Below the pieces are notes generated by a model. It searched no databases. It was not told where the DNA came from and saw only the letters and a program-made list of their open reading frames with translations. From the NCBI RefSeq assembly GCF_009914755.1, contig NC_060944.1: a DNA stretch of 64,000 nt. One strand, given 5' to 3'. This document shows, piece after piece, positions 15,706-32,619 of the stretch. Made by a program: the position numbers and the translations under genes. The DNA comes from the human T2T-CHM13v2.0 reference genome, Homo sapiens. How positions within the stretch are numbered: the stretch's first letter is position 1; each line of letters starts with the position of its first letter.

Positions 15706-18689
15706 TCCTGAAGTGAGGCCCACCCATCAGCAAGGCCTGCCCACATGCAGAATGCTTCCACATAGCTTTTCAGCATCTCACAATGAAATATGAGCAGATA
15801 CCCAAGTGCCCCCAAACAATAAGACAAAGATTAGAAGAGTGATGACTTAAAAGAGTTTGCCCAAGTGACAGGGAGACCAATGTTGTCCCTGACACATGCA
15901 TCTCAAAGTTGAAGTCTCCCTGCATCCATTCCCACTCCCTTTGCCAAGGTCAAAGCTCACTGAGCAGTGGTCCAACCACAGGACTGCTGGTTCCCAAGCA
16001 ATCTTAAAAAAGGGGGACTCGCCGGCTCAGTGGAGGTCTTCTCCACTCCAAACTGTATGCATGAATACGCTGACATTCTAGGATATCAGATGAGCTGAAT
16101 CTTGCTAGGGGGAGTGAGCTCTAGAAACAAATAGTATGTAGAATTCAAAACGTCCAAGGAGAGGGGTTCAGGAGGTATTTCCTATGGCAAAAGTGGCTGA
16201 GAAACTTAAAGCAATTAAGTTGTCTCTGCTGGGGACTTTGCTCTCCTGGGCTCTGCTACCACAACACCAGGTTATCTCCAAAGGGTTGGTGATGAGCGAT
16301 CGCACATCATAGCCTGGCTTAGTGCTGCTCTGTGGAATAGAAAGGAAGCCCTAGAGCCCAGTACAATAGAGAGAATACAGAAGAGGCTGGAGATGGGGCA
16401 GCTGACAAGGCGAGGGCCACATCTCTACCACCATGTGGCCATACCTTCGTGAGGCAGTGAAGTAAGGAACTTTGCAGCAGGTGCATTATGGAGCAGAAGA
16501 AAGGGGCAGGCTCATTCGTGCCTGGCAAAAGTGGGGCCCAGACGCACTGCAGGCCTAGGCACTGAGGCTGGGAGTAAAGTGATATGAGCAGGAATCCCAC
16601 AGAGCGCTCTCCTAACTCTTCAGGGCTTTGGGGTGTTCTGGTTATGGTCATATTATCTCACTCAGTCCCCAAAGGGCTCTTGCAGGAGTTGTAGCAGAAT
16701 TACCTCCACCCAGCAGATGAAAAAACGGAGGCAGAGAAAGCTTCAATAACTTGCTTATGGTAGTGTGGGGTGAAGAGGGGCTTGTCACCCATCTGATTTC
16801 AGCTGACACCTAAAAATGGGGTGTCCGATTTCAGCCGACATCTGAAAATGGGGGTTGACTTTGTTTAACACTTTTGCTTTGAGGAGCATTCCAGTTGTCC
16901 TTATCCCGTATGGGCAGAAGGAACAGAGCCCCTGAATCTAGGCTCCCTACTTTCTTTCCCTGACTCTGCCTCCTGGGGTGGTGGGGGAGAAGCAGACGAA
17001 TAAAAAAACTATGACCCATAGTCACCAGCTGGCTGCAGTTCTCCTTGTGGGTTGTGTAGACCGTGCCTCTTAGTCTGTCTGGCTTATATCTGGCAGTAAT
17101 CCTCCCCTGCCTTTGGAGTAATGGGGGGCCCTCAGGTCCCAGATACCTGGATGGGTCCAACTTCCTGCCTAAGAGTCTGAGATGGCAGAGACAACCTCAG
17201 CAGTTTCTCGAAAACAGGACCCTTCTGCCCCACCTTCAGTGCTGATCAAGAAAGGTCAAGGAACCAAGACTCTGACCAAACAAACTTAGAAGCACTGTTC
17301 ATATTACACAACCCAAAGCTTTCAGGGACACACCGCTACCGTCCAGAATCCTATGGCCTCTCTCCCACCCTGTGCCACAAACTACCCCAGCACTGAGCTC
17401 ATTGGTGTGGGTTCGTCGGTGGAGGGCAGCATCCTTGAGATAGCGCCAGCTCACGTTATCCAGCTAGGGTGTTAGCTGGCGTAACTGGATCCTCTCCATT
17501 GTGCCGGTTTACAACATTCTGTGAGCAACACTGGATGTTTTGTAAGCAGATACCCACAGCTAATTATATATATATATGTATATACTTCTAATTGGAGAGA
17601 TAAATTAACAAGATGGCCCAAGAAGCTTCCCCAAATAAGGGCTTTGGGGACAAAAGCACCCCTGGATTTGAACGCCCTGTGACTTTTGGTGGAGACTGCA
17701 CATGTTATTTTTGTTGTTGTCGTATTGGGTCCTGGGGTTTCATTTTCTCTGAGCAAGCCACATCCATGAAAGAGAATTAGCACAGAGTTCACCCTCCTCA
17801 GCTCCAGCAATAGGGACATTCACTATCCTGATAACATTAGGGCACAACACTCTGATATTATTAATTTTCAGAATAATGTTTGAGTTGCATGTCCAATAAA
17901 TGTTACTCAAATAGTATTAGCTAAAGTATTGTGTTAAGAAGAATAAAGAAAAAGAAAAGGAATATTTCACAAAAAGTTAAAAACACATTTTTGTGTCACT
18001 TTTTTTTTTTCTTAAAAGTTGCAAATGTGTGAAATCAAGAGGTTTCCAGTTACGGACATGTCAAGACCACCATGAAGAAAAGGCAAATCTTGATGAGGCA
18101 AAAACCAAGGGCAGAGCAGAGAGGGAGTCTTCCCAGAGGCTGGAGTGCTCTGCTCAGACACCACACCCCACCTGGCAGTTTGCTAGGGTTATCGCTCTGC
18201 TAGGAAACATCATTCCAAGTCATATTGTAAAATGCTGGGTGGGCAGTGTGCCCAGGGGTCTGCCACATGTCCTGAAGTCAGCAGTCTTCATAGTTGTGCC
18301 TCAGGCAGGGGGGATAGTGGGAGCAAAGACAAAGAGAAGTTCTAGTACCTCGAATGAGAGCAAGTCACATCAGTGGGTAGGAATAGCTGCACTGAAAGAG
18401 AGAGGCAGAGGGGGCTGGAGGGTGTTGGAGCTCTCCGGGGCCTTGGATGGCACATTAGAGAGTCTGGGTTTTACCCCTAGGCCATGGAGTCCCAGCGAAG
18501 GGTTTTAAGTAGAGGGGAGATGAAGTCAGACCTCTGCTCTGGGGGCTGCCTTAGCTGCCATGCAAGAGAGAAACTGAAGGGCAGGGCCAGCAGCCCGGTG
18601 CCCAGGTAGGAGGCAAACACGGGGACCTTTGGAAAGGAGGATATGGTGTGGTCCAGGTTTTTCCCAAGAGGTCAGAAGAGTGTAGGGAA

Positions 18690-18850
18690 TAAAAGCCTGG
18701 GCTCTGGAGTAAGAACAGTCAACAGGGCTGAATCCTGTCTCCAGGGACTGCTGGGACACATCACATCTAAGCCTCCATTTTTTCATCTGTAAAGAAAGAT
18801 AAGACAATCTGCCTCAAATGGCTGTTGTGATGATTCAATAAGTCATTTAA
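18690..18850 (+). mobile_element. MIR fragment
   Basis: ctaagcctccatttttcatctgtaaa...gttgtgatgatt MIR core. Confidence 0.6.
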
Positions 18851-19003
18851 AGGGGTTGGCAAGTTCCTGGCAGAAAGGCAGTGACAGGTAACTCTCAGCT
18901 GTGGCTGTCTTGAAGGGTGGGCTTCCTGAGTGTGCAGCCTGCGCGTGGCTGCTCATGGCTCCACACTCAGAAGCGCCCTGCACTTGGTCTAATACTGTGC
19001 TGA

Positions 19004-20300
<1,297 letters not shown>

Positions 20301-20549
20301 GAAGTCTGATGGGACAATGGGGTGCGTACATGAGCAGAGGAGATAGGAACATATGCCGCCCTATTTGCGTATCCCATATATGATGCCCCATGAGCACATA
20401 ATTCCAGTGGGCCCACGACGCATGGGAGTTTAGCAAGACTCAAAGCCAGTACAAGGCAGGGGTGTAATATCTGTGGTTAAATATGTAGGAATGCTTCCAG
20501 CCCAGAGGGGCTACACTTCCCATTTAATCCAGAACTTGCTTCAAACACT

Positions 20550-21130
20550 AAAAGAAGGCAGTGGTGTTCTAAGAAGCATGACAACTAAGGGACCCTATCC
20601 TATTCTTTTTCATTCAAGTTACTTCCCTGGATTAGCCAACCACGTAGGCTGACAATAATGACCCAGAAGAAAAGGAAAAGATAGAGAAACCCATAATTCC
20701 TTTTTTTTCCCAGTTCTTTTTCACTCATCAGTAAGCCAAAGGCAGGAAACATTGGTAGAATATGCACATACCAAGACGTGAAGTAAAACCATTGAGTTGG
20801 CTTTGTGCAGCATTTCTACAGTCCTGATAAGCCTGAAATCCTGCACATATACAAGCTACAAAATACAAATTGTGTCATTTCAGTGATTCCACATAGGAGT
20901 TAAGTACTCTTATACTTGCACTGAAACCTGTTATTGCTCGATATACAGATGAACAGTGGGATCCATGCAAATAATTTAAAATTTTGAGTTTTCTCAGAAT
21001 GACGTTAAATAGTAGAAAGAGAAAGGCTTTGTATTTTAGTATCTTTAACTGTTCATTTTTCTTGCTTTTTGGACAAGGGACCCCACATTTTCATTTTCCA
21101 CTGGGCCCTGCAAATTATGTAGGCCGCTCT
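20550..21130 (+). mobile_element. MER45-like hAT-Tip100 remnant
   Basis: 3' terminus ccacattttcattttccactgggccctgcaaattatgtaggccgctctg. Left boundary uncertain. Confidence 0.5.
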
Positions 21131-21469
21131 GCTGCTTTTAATATTAACCCTCGGGCGGGGGGTGAGTGAAGACTGGGGAAAAGGCAGTCGAATCCTAATA
21201 GTCATTGGAGGCTAGAAGGACAGACATGTTATAGAATCCTTGCATTTGGTTCAGAGATACACCTTGGATTCTATGTCCAAGCAGATGGGCCAGCCTAGGG
21301 GTGCTCAGGCCTGTCCCACTCTCCTCTTGGACCTTGTCTCCCCCTTGGTCTAAGTGAGCATCAGCATCCCTGCTCCCACCTCCCCATGCCCTTCATCCCT
21401 ACCAGCCTAGCTCCCTCAGTTCCCTCCCCAGCCTATGCAGGAGGACGAGCAGCTGCCTTTCTAGAAAAG

Positions 21470-21885
21470 GCAACATTAGGCCTGGTTCCCTAACAGCAGA
21501 GCCTGAGACGGGGCAGGCGGGGGTGGAGGGTGCTCTCAGGAGAAGAGGCAAGAAGCAGGACAGGGCAGGAGAAGGGGATGAGCAGAGACCCCACTGGAGT
21601 CCAGCTTCTGGCTCATCTCACAGGAAGCTCTGGGATGTGAATGACATCAATAAGTTGTTCCCATTTTTGACAGAGGCCGGGCTGTCATACCTCTTTGTTC
21701 ATCCATCTGTGGCTGTAGGCTAATCCGGGGATGGTGATGGGATTACCTCAGGGTTCAGCAGCCCCTGCTCGGCCAAAGGCAATTCTCCTCCGTTGAAGGG
21801 GTCCGCTATGTGCCTTAGCCCTGGAGGATGGGTGCACTTGCTCTGAGAGGGAATCTGGGCAGATCACTGGCAGTGTCCACTACGG
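21470..21885. mobile_element. MLT1-type MaLR LTR remnant
   Basis: ggttccctaacagcagagcctgagac...gggaatctgggcag...gtgtccactac. Confidence 0.5.
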
Positions 21886-22736
21886 AATCTAACCCTGAAC
21901 AACAAGGAAACCACAGCCCAGAAGTGACCTTCACAAGAAGGCACTTGGGGATTTAATGGTCAGCCCAAGTCAAAGCCACATATCCCAGCTTCCAGACCCA
22001 GACTCAATTGATCTCTTGTCACAGACCTGCCCAGGAGACACAAGGGCTCCGCGTTTTTTCATTTTCTTCATCTGACACATGGGAGTGACAACACTGTCTC
22101 ACCGGGCTGTTGTGAGAAATAGAGAGGTTGGGGCAAGAGTGCCCCAGGCAGGACCTAGCACAGAGCAGTGTGCAACACACATGCCACGAGGATAATAGTT
22201 TTAAGACATCACTGTCGTTTTCTTTCTCACACTCTCTGATGTGAGACCTGCTCCCTCTTGCCTGAATGTGTATTCATCTCAGGAAGCATTGGAATTGATC
22301 TAGGTGGCGTGCAAAGAAAAAAGCAAAATACTCTGTGTTCAGTATCTGACTTCCAAACTTGGATTTTTGAATTCCTTAGAAATAATTGTGGAAAGCAGGG
22401 TTTGTTGTGAGAGAGAAGAAATCTGCCAATTCCTAGATCACTCCTTCAGACACCAAGGGCTAAACCCAGCCACCAGACAGCAAAAACACATCAGCCCCTG
22501 AGGACAAGGGTCTCTGTTTCATTTGCTGATGAATCCCCAGAGCCGAGAACTGACTCTGACCCCAGTGGGTGCTCATTTTTATCTGTGAGGAGAAAAGTGG
22601 AGTTATCGACTGTGTGGACAGTCAGGTACAAGGGAATTTGATAGTCCTATCTGGAGGGAATTTCTCTCCGGAGATGAAGGTGTTGTAGAAAGCCTTTCTC
22701 CTCTGGCAACAGAGAACAACAAGAGCAGGGTAAAGG

Positions 22737-22834
22737 CAGGAGGCGGAGCTTGCAGTGAGCCGAGATCGCGCCACTGCACTCCAGCCTGGGCGACAGAGCC
22801 AGACGCTGTCTCAAAAAAAAAAAAAAAAAAAAAA
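22737..22834 (+). mobile_element. 5'-truncated AluY
   Basis: ggaggcggagcttgcagtgagccgagatcgcgcc, pure A tail, 16-bp TSD aagagcagggtaaagg. Confidence 0.9.
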
Positions 22835-23324
22835 AAGAGCAGGGTAAAGGGCTGCTGGGGGTCCTCACTCATCAGGGGAGAGCGCTTGGGGCACCCCCAG
22901 CAGAAACCTTACTCACCAGTCCTCTGGGCCACGCTGTCCTGTGGCTGCACAGCTGCCCGTGCTGCTTCTCACATGGACCGGGGTCCTGCACTGGCATGGC
23001 CCTGGTGGGGAGAGGGATTTGCGGCTGCAGTCCTGCAGTATGGATGCCAGAGAATGCAACTGAGATCCTCCCACTGCCCTCATGCCCCGGGGACTGGGGC
23101 GGCCCTGCAGGAACCAGTTGGGTCGGAGATCAAGGTGTGGGACAAAGAGAAAAGCTTCAAAGCTTGAGATGAACCGTTGCACGTGCATTTTAGAGGTAGC
23201 TCCTTTGCCCCTTCCCTCGCCAAGCTTGCATGAGGACAGGCACTCCTACTCCTGACCCCTGAGAAAGTACATGGGCATGATCAGAGGCTAGGTCTGTCCT
23301 TGACACCCACAGGAGACTTGCCCT

Positions 23325-24115
23325 GGGGAAGGCTTTTTATTCTGTTGTGTCATAGAATCCTTTGGCATCCTGGTAAGGTCCGTAGACCCCTTTTTATATT
23401 TTTTTTTATTTTTGAGACAGAGTCTCACTCTATCACCCAGGGAGTGCAGTGGTGCAATCTCAGCTCACTGCAACCTCCACCTCCTGGGTCAAGCAATTCT
23501 GCCTCAGCCTCCTGAGTAGCTGGGACTACAGACACATCCCACCACGCCCGGCTAATTTTTGCATTTTTAGTAGAGATGGGGTTTCACCATGTTGGCCAGA
23601 CTGGTCCGGAACTCCCAACCCTAGGTGATCCGTCTGCCTTGGCCTCCCAAAATTCTGGGATTACAGGCGTGAACCACCACGCCCAGCCACAGACCGCTTT
23701 TCAGAACATAGACATTAAATCCATAAAATAAAACACTAGGATTACAAAGGAGACCAATGATCCTGAAATAGGCATCAAAATCACTTTAAATATCTTTCAT
23801 ATAATGACAATATATGCTTCCTAATTAAATAACAAGATTTCATGGCAGGTCTCTAACTATCATAATTTTGAAGTTGTGATAACATGTAAGATATTTTGAG
23901 ACATCCCCAGTGGTTTAATTGGGAAAAAAAATAACTGTGACTTTTGCTGAGACAAAAATCACATCTTTGCTTACATTCATGATTGAGGGAAATGCTAAAT
24001 CGCAGTTAAGGCTAGGAAAAGTGAAAGTGTAGTATTTTCTCCATCACTATTCACAAACCCACAGAATTCCATCCACAGCTCTGGGGGTTCCAGGGACTCC
24101 AGATTAAGAACTCCA
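23325..24115. mobile_element. hAT-Charlie (MER119-like) remnant interrupted by an antisense Alu (~23393-23688)
   Basis: gaatcctttggcatcctggtaagg...aggattacaaaggagaccaat...ccagattaagaactcc. Confidence 0.5.
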
Positions 24116-25012
24116 CACTCTGAGACCTTATGACTGCCTTCCAGAGGGTCCCTCTGACACTTTAGTGATGGTTTTCAAAGCAGCCAAATCTGTGCCTCCC
24201 TGAAGCCAGGGAGGAAAAGCTGCTGAGGGAGGGGGCGGGGGCTGAGCGGGAACATTCATCTGTGTGGGCTCAGGACGCCTGCAGCAGGATCCACAGTGCA
24301 GGCTCCCAGGGCCTGGCACAGACTGACTGATTCCAACGCCCAGTGCCACTCCTGGGAGTATGCATTTTATTTTTAAAAATTTATTATTATTATTTTTCTT
24401 TTTGTGGAGATGGGGTCTCACTACGTTGCACAGGCTGGTCTTGAGCTCTTGGGCTCAAGCAATCCTCCTGCCTCTGCCTTCCTAAGTGCTGAGATTACAG
24501 GTGTGAACCACCACATGCCAGAATCTGCATTTTAAACAGAAGCCCAAGTAATAACTTAAACAAACATTCTAGAATTTCCCTGGTGCTTTGTCCCAATCAG
24601 GGACTCAAGATAGTGGGAGAGGGCCTGGGATGCTCCTCACACCTCCTCTGGCTAGAGTGCCAGCGGCATCATTGCCAGGAGATAAGCCTGCAGCTCCTGG
24701 CCCCTCCAGGGCCCCTCATGTATAACTGATGCCTGAAACATGAGGCCATGCTGCCTCTTTGCAGGGAAACCTGAGAAGAGGAGTGTGTGGCCGGATTGAT
24801 GGGCCGGGAACTCGTCGCCTTCCTTCACCCGTCTCTCTCCCCCAAACTTCACCCACCTCCACATTCAATCTCAAACCAAGAAGCCCCGCCTGCTGTCAGG
24901 TCTAGGAAGGGAGGCCAGCCACCATGAGGGCAGGAAAGCAGCCCAGGCTGAAGGCGTGCATACAGGAGCACGCTGCGTGAGCCTGTGCAGGACCCCAGCA
25001 GTGCTGCTGACC

Positions 25013-25046
25013 ATGAGCCACCAGGTAAAGGGCCTGAAAGAGGAAG
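25013..25046 (+). CDS. TMC2: TMC2 coding exon 1 (MSHQVKGLKEE)
   Basis: accATGAGCCACCAGGTAAAGGGCCTGAAAGAGGAAG|gtgagt. 34 nt, phase 1. Matches the TMC2 N-terminus. Confidence 0.93.
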
Positions 25047-25659
25047 GTGAGTCCACGTCCTGATCCTGCGGGGCCCGCCCACAGGGTTCCTGGGCAGCAG
25101 CAGGGGATGGGGGAAGCACATATGGTGTTCAGAGGCATAGGGAGGAGCTGGGTTTGAGTCCAGGGCCTGTCCCCTGTGCGCTGAGCGACCTCGGCTGGTT
25201 ATTCAACCTCTCTGATCCTCACGCATGAGATGGGGGTAGTCATCACCTCCTTGCAGGGCTACTGGAAGGATTCAAGACAACCTGTGCACAGCACCTGTGT
25301 TCAGGCCAGCACTGGAGACTGTCACGGCCGATGCATGCTCCTCAGAGCCTGCTGGGGCGTCTCAGCCACCTATTGTCTCGGTTAGGGTTGCCTGTTCCGA
25401 GCAAGCCCCTCAGCAGATTTCTATCTGTCTCTGTCTCTGTGCAGGGCAGGGGGTGGGGGATGTTCTGACCTCATGACTGACAGTATCAGACAAATGTGAC
25501 AGGCAGGGGACTCTATAATTTGCTGAGTAAAATCATTGGAGCTGGGTCCCAGTTTGAGGCAGCCACAAATCAGCTGAGGGGTCCCACAGTGACCGGGGGT
25601 CTGCAGGGAGGGGGACTCACCAGAGGCCAGCCATTTGTCAGCAATCCTGTCTCTTACAG

Positions 25660-25707
25660 CACGAGGCGGAGTGAAAGGGCGGGTGAAGAGCGGCTCTCCA
25701 CACACAG
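25660..25707 (+). CDS. TMC2: TMC2 coding exon 2 (ARGGVKGRVKSGSPHT)
   Basis: ctcttacag|CACGAGGC...CACACAG|gtgaga. 48 nt, phase 1-1. Confidence 0.93.
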
Positions 25708-28334
25708 GTGAGATGGGGTGGTGGGGTCTCTGGGGAGCCTGCAGTGCCTGGGTGCCCTCTGCTTAGCCCAACAGTCCAGCCACCCATCCAACATTCTCCT
25801 TCATCTCCTTCCCTCTCATTCAACACCCTGCATGGAGCCTTCCTGGGAGGCAAGGTGTTTAACATGGGAGGGGGCAGAGTACCACTCAGAGAAGGTGCTG
25901 CTCAGCCCTCGGTGTCAGGGGAGACTCCCAGGGTTAGTGACACTCTGAGCTGAGCCTTGGGAAGCAGTGAACATTCACCAGACAGAGGGCAGGGAAGCTC
26001 GGTGCAGGCTTCTGGCGGGTGGTGTGGCCAGATTCACATCCAGGCCCCCGGACTCTAGGAGGAACACTCTTAACCTCCAAAAAGTAGTAGGCATAATGGG
26101 TGCTCCATCACCTTCCCACTGGGAATGTGACCACAGCTCTCCCGTGAGCCGGTGAGGGAGCCAACTTGCTCCAGGAGAAGTGGGAGAGCCCAAGGAAGCC
26201 ATAGGCGGGAGAGAAAACCCTTGGTTGAGACTGAGGGTTCAGGGGAGAGGGGCAGAAGCCACACTCACAGGCTGGGCATCTTCATGTCACAAAATATTAT
26301 GGATGCGATGCTGTTTTCTCCCCCTTCACGTCCCAGGCAGGGCTGGGTCCTGCGCCCCACACTAGTAGGCAAGAAACCAGAATCTTGGGGAGTGATGGGG
26401 TTCTGGGGGGTTGGAAGAGATCTCCTTCCTCCCCCATTCTGGGAGGGAGGGCCCTTTCCACTCCCTCCTGTGGGAGGGCCCTGTCCTGGCCCCACTCTGG
26501 CCAGTAGGGAGCTGGCCCCAGGAGCCACTTCATCTGCCCTTTCCGCTCCTGTGACCCGCTGCTGTCTGGTTGTCGGGAGCCTGAGCTTCAGTGAGGCCGC
26601 TGTGTTACAAGGGGAGAGACCCAGGAGCAGGAGGCAAGGAAGAGCTGGGCAGAGGCTGGCAGGGGGTGCAGCCATGGCATCTCAACAGCCCTTCCTGGCC
26701 CCTATCCCGGAACTTGCCTCAGCCACTGTCCCTTCTTCCTACCCCACCTGCCTGCCTCATCCACTCTTTATCTCAATCCAAAGATGAAGGAGCAAATGTG
26801 AGAAAGTTCTATGCCCCAGGGTGGCCAGACGAGAAACCTTCCTCCCGGGGGTCGGGCCACGGTGCTCCCGTAGTGACCACTGCCTGTAGGATGCTCAGGC
26901 TGGTTCTCCACACCCCACTCCCCTCGTAGTCATCCAGATGCCGTCCCTTCCGCACCCAGCCTGGCCTCCCTCTGCCTCTGCTGCAGGGCTGTGCTGTGCG
27001 GGACTCCCCTGTGAGCAGTAGTCCTTAGTAGGACTGAAATGGAAGACCATTTTGCCTACAACACAAACCCTTTCCTACTGAAATATTCCACGTTGCCGCT
27101 GCCGTTTTCCCTTTCCCATAGAACACAGGAAATTGGTCAGAATTTTCACTTCACAGATCTAAGTGGTGAAGGGGTGCAGTAAAGTTAAACATTGGGAATA
27201 TATTGAATTAACTGAAACCCAGCCCCATGAAGGTTTCCATTTTAAATCTCCTCTGGAGTCACCTGCGACGGGACCTGATATTCTCATCCTTCCCTTTATA
27301 CTCTACCAGGAGGGAATAAAAGTTTAAGAATACAATGTTCTTTTCTCAGAATAGCTACAGTTTGTTACTGTGTTCCTTGAAAAGAAGGATGAGAACTCTC
27401 CCTCCTCCTGTATCATTTGGTAAGTGCACTGAACTGTTGAGATCACGGGACTGGAGGGCTGCCGCAGCCTCTCCTCGGCCTGTGTTTTGCACTGTGAATT
27501 CTCTGACCGAGTCAGGTGCTACATAGGAGGAGGCCTGTTACATTTAGGAGAGCGTGTGCTGGGCTTGGAGGCCTTCCTAGCAAGACAGCTGCCTTTCCAG
27601 TTCCTAAATTATGCATTATGTGGAGTCTGTTGAAAACTGATTATGAAAGAGAAAAAAACAGCTTATTTTCTGTGTTGAAGAGGTCTGGGGAAGATTGAAG
27701 GGCAAATTCTGGCTTGTTTTCCACATTCCATGTGAATTTCGTTCAGTTGGAGAACTAAATTACAGCAGGAATTACAGCTCAGAAAAAAAATTGTAACACC
27801 AAATTATATCTACAGTGCTGGGAAGTATGCTTGGTACAGTTCATTACCACAATGAAAACCATTGTATTAGCTGACTGAGGACACAGAGAGAGCTCAGAAG
27901 AGGATGCAAACAATGACGTTCCTATTCAGTCCTTTCAAGCAACATAGAGCTGATCTTTATGGGACCCCAGGGAACCCTTCTCCATGATCCCTTGCCTTGA
28001 TCTCTGCTTCTCTGCCCTTTCTGAGCACTGAACTCAGTCCTAGAGCTCTCTTAGGGGTCATGGCTGTGATAATATTTGTTTTGCTCCGTCCCTTTTGCAA
28101 CAGGGGGCTACTGCCTTCCAGAGCATTGCGCTGGAGCATTTGTAAGACAAATCATACCTCACTGGCTAACACTGACTAGCTTCCTACCCTGGATAAATTA
28201 TGCAAAAATAGTCTTTCTTTACGTTGTCTTATCAAAGACTATTTTTCCACAGGGAGTGAGAAGAAGAAAGAGGTTGGGGCAGGAGTGGGCTAAGGAAACC
28301 TGCTCTATGATAAATACAGGACAGGTTCTCTTAG

Positions 28335-29064
<730 letters not shown>

Positions 29065-29748
29065 GACATGGAGATTATTAATGATGGCTTCAGACCCATG
29101 TTTGGTGCCTCTTTTTGCCTTTAAAATAAGTGAAGCAATCACAGCCAGTATGCTCACAAGACCTTCCTTGTAGCAGCTGCAGAGCAGTGTCACCCTCCCC
29201 ACATCACCTTCTTCCATGTTGCTAGTGTGACCCTTTGATGTAGACCTTGCCCCAGCAAACATGCTCCATTATCACACCCTTACCCTCCAGATTTCAACCC
29301 AGCTCCCTGTGGGCGTGTACCCCTCTCCTCCTGCCTCCCACACCAGAACACACCCGGGACGCAGCTCTGCCTTGGACGCCTATGCCCCAGACTCCCTGGC
29401 ATTTCTGCTGGGGCCCCTCAATCCCCTGTTTCCTCTGCCTGGAATCCTCCTAACTTGCTACCACAATCACCCCCTCCATTTCTCTACCCACTTCTTCTCT
29501 TGCAAACTCCTGTTCATCCTTCAAGATTCAGAGTAGCCCCTAAGTATGTATTAAAGACTTCATGGTAATTATTTTTAATTGAGCTGTAAAATATTCCACA
29601 TAGTAGATAAATCACAGGTTAATTCATTATTCTATTACTGAATATTTAGGTTATTTCCCATTTTTATAATAGAAATAATGTTGCATTGAAGATTCTTGGG
29701 CTTGGGTTGACTCCTACAGGTGGAATTAACAGATCAGAAAGTATTTTT

Positions 29749-30088
<340 letters not shown>

Positions 30089-30448
30089 TTAAAGCTCTTG
30101 TTACATGTTGCCAAACTGCATAAAGAGTTGCTTTACAATTTATATTGCGACCAGTAATAAATATGCATTTTAACAAGTCTCATTAGTCCTGGATAAAAAA
30201 TTTTAAAAACGTAATACTATAAACAAGACAGGAAATCCCATTATTGACTTATTTTAAATTTCCTTTGATAACTAGTAAAACTGCATTTTCCGCCGTTTCC
30301 TAATTGCATTTCCCCATTAGTAACTTACCTGTTCATAAGTTTTGCTTAACGGTCTTTGTGTCCTCCCCCATATTGATATGTGAGTTCTTTCCATTAGTCT
30401 CATGTTTGATTAAAAAATTTTCTTATTTGAAAAAAACTTCAGAGTAAA

Positions 30449-30987
30449 TGTTGGAGAGGAGAATTTTTTTCCTCTACCTTCCTAGGTTCAGTGACTACAG
30501 GCTCTGTAAATCAAACTGACAAAAGACAGATCAACAAGAGGGGAAAAAAGGATTGAATTACATATGTACAAATGAGAGTTCACAAAGAAGATGACTCAAG
30601 GAGGTGGTTAGAATTTGGGGCTTATATACTATCTTAGAGGTATATATCATCTTAAAGGGTGATAGAGTGTGGAGAAGAAGCTTGACAAAGGAAAAGCGTT
30701 TTGGGGCTTCTGGGTAAGTTATGGAAGGTGACTAGGAAACGTGTGGTAAATAAGTGTTATTCAGTAAGGTTTGTTAAGCAGGTAAGAGTCTTCTCAGGTG
30801 CTAAGAGTTGTCTCTGGAGTAGTTATCTTCCAAGTATAGGAGAGGGAGACCCCTTCCAAATGGAAATATATGTCCTGCTTTTAGTCCAAAAGGGCAGAGG
30901 AGCGACATATATCTAATTGCCTTCAGCTTGAAATAATCTTTATGCCGAAGTGGCATATTTTGGGATGGCGTCTTCTAGTCTCCTTCA
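30449..30987 (-). mobile_element. MER4-group (MER34-like) solo LTR
   Basis: Minus strand begins tgaaggagactagaagacgccatcccaaaatatgcc. TG..CA ends. 4-bp TSD TAAA. Confidence 0.7.
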
Positions 30988-30990
30988 TAA

Positions 30991-31652
<662 letters not shown>

Positions 31653-32241
31653 CACATTTATCTAAGTTATTGTCCAAAGCTGGCTCCCTAACACCCCACA
31701 ACCTGTTGATAAGACAAAACCGATCTATTGCTTATAGCAGGCAAAGCTTTGGCAGTATCTTACAGAGGGGAAGGAAGGCCGGAACTTACTGAGAATTGGA
31801 AATTTGATTGAAGGCAGGTCTTTCAAAGTGAGAGCTGGAATGAGACTGGGTGAGAATCACAACATAATAGTCCACAATAAACAGCATGGCCAGGATTTTG
31901 AGGTGAGGCATTCAAAGAATCTTAGAGCCCAAATTGAAGAATTGACAGGTCTTTGGGAAAATCCTGTAATGAACAATCAACATTTGCCTGGGTAGGAGAT
32001 GCCTAGAAAAATAAAGACATGCTCATGAAGCAGAGGCGTAGCACAAAGTCATCTTAATACAGACACTAAGGTATAGCTGGGCTCTCTGTGTCCAGACTCA
32101 GTATGAGGGAAGATGGTTTGAGTTCTCAATTTCTCCTTGTGGTCATTCTTCAGCCCAAGCTGAAGGAAAAGCCATCAGTATGTCAATCTAGATATTCACC
32201 AGTATTTGAGAGGTCATCATTTCATATCAATTGTCTGTTAA

Positions 32242-32483
<242 letters not shown>

Positions 32484-32619
32484 TAGTAGAGACGGGGTTT
32501 CACCATGTTGGTTAGGCTGGTCTCGAACTCCTGACCTCAAGTGATCTGCCTGCCTTGGCTTCCCAAAGTGCTGGGATTACAGGCATGAGCCAACGCACCC
32601 AGCCAGATTTTCCAGTTCT

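Noticed and set aside
17443-17481. Short inverted repeat CGCCAGCT/AGCTGGCG in a small CpG patch as an ncRNA
   Set aside because: Only an 8-bp stem, and I recognise no RNA family or Pol III signals.
26152-26787. 211-aa ORF in TMC2 intron 2
   Set aside because: GC-rich, non-ATG start, no domain, and not needed for the TMC2 frame, which splices cleanly from exon 2 to exon 3.
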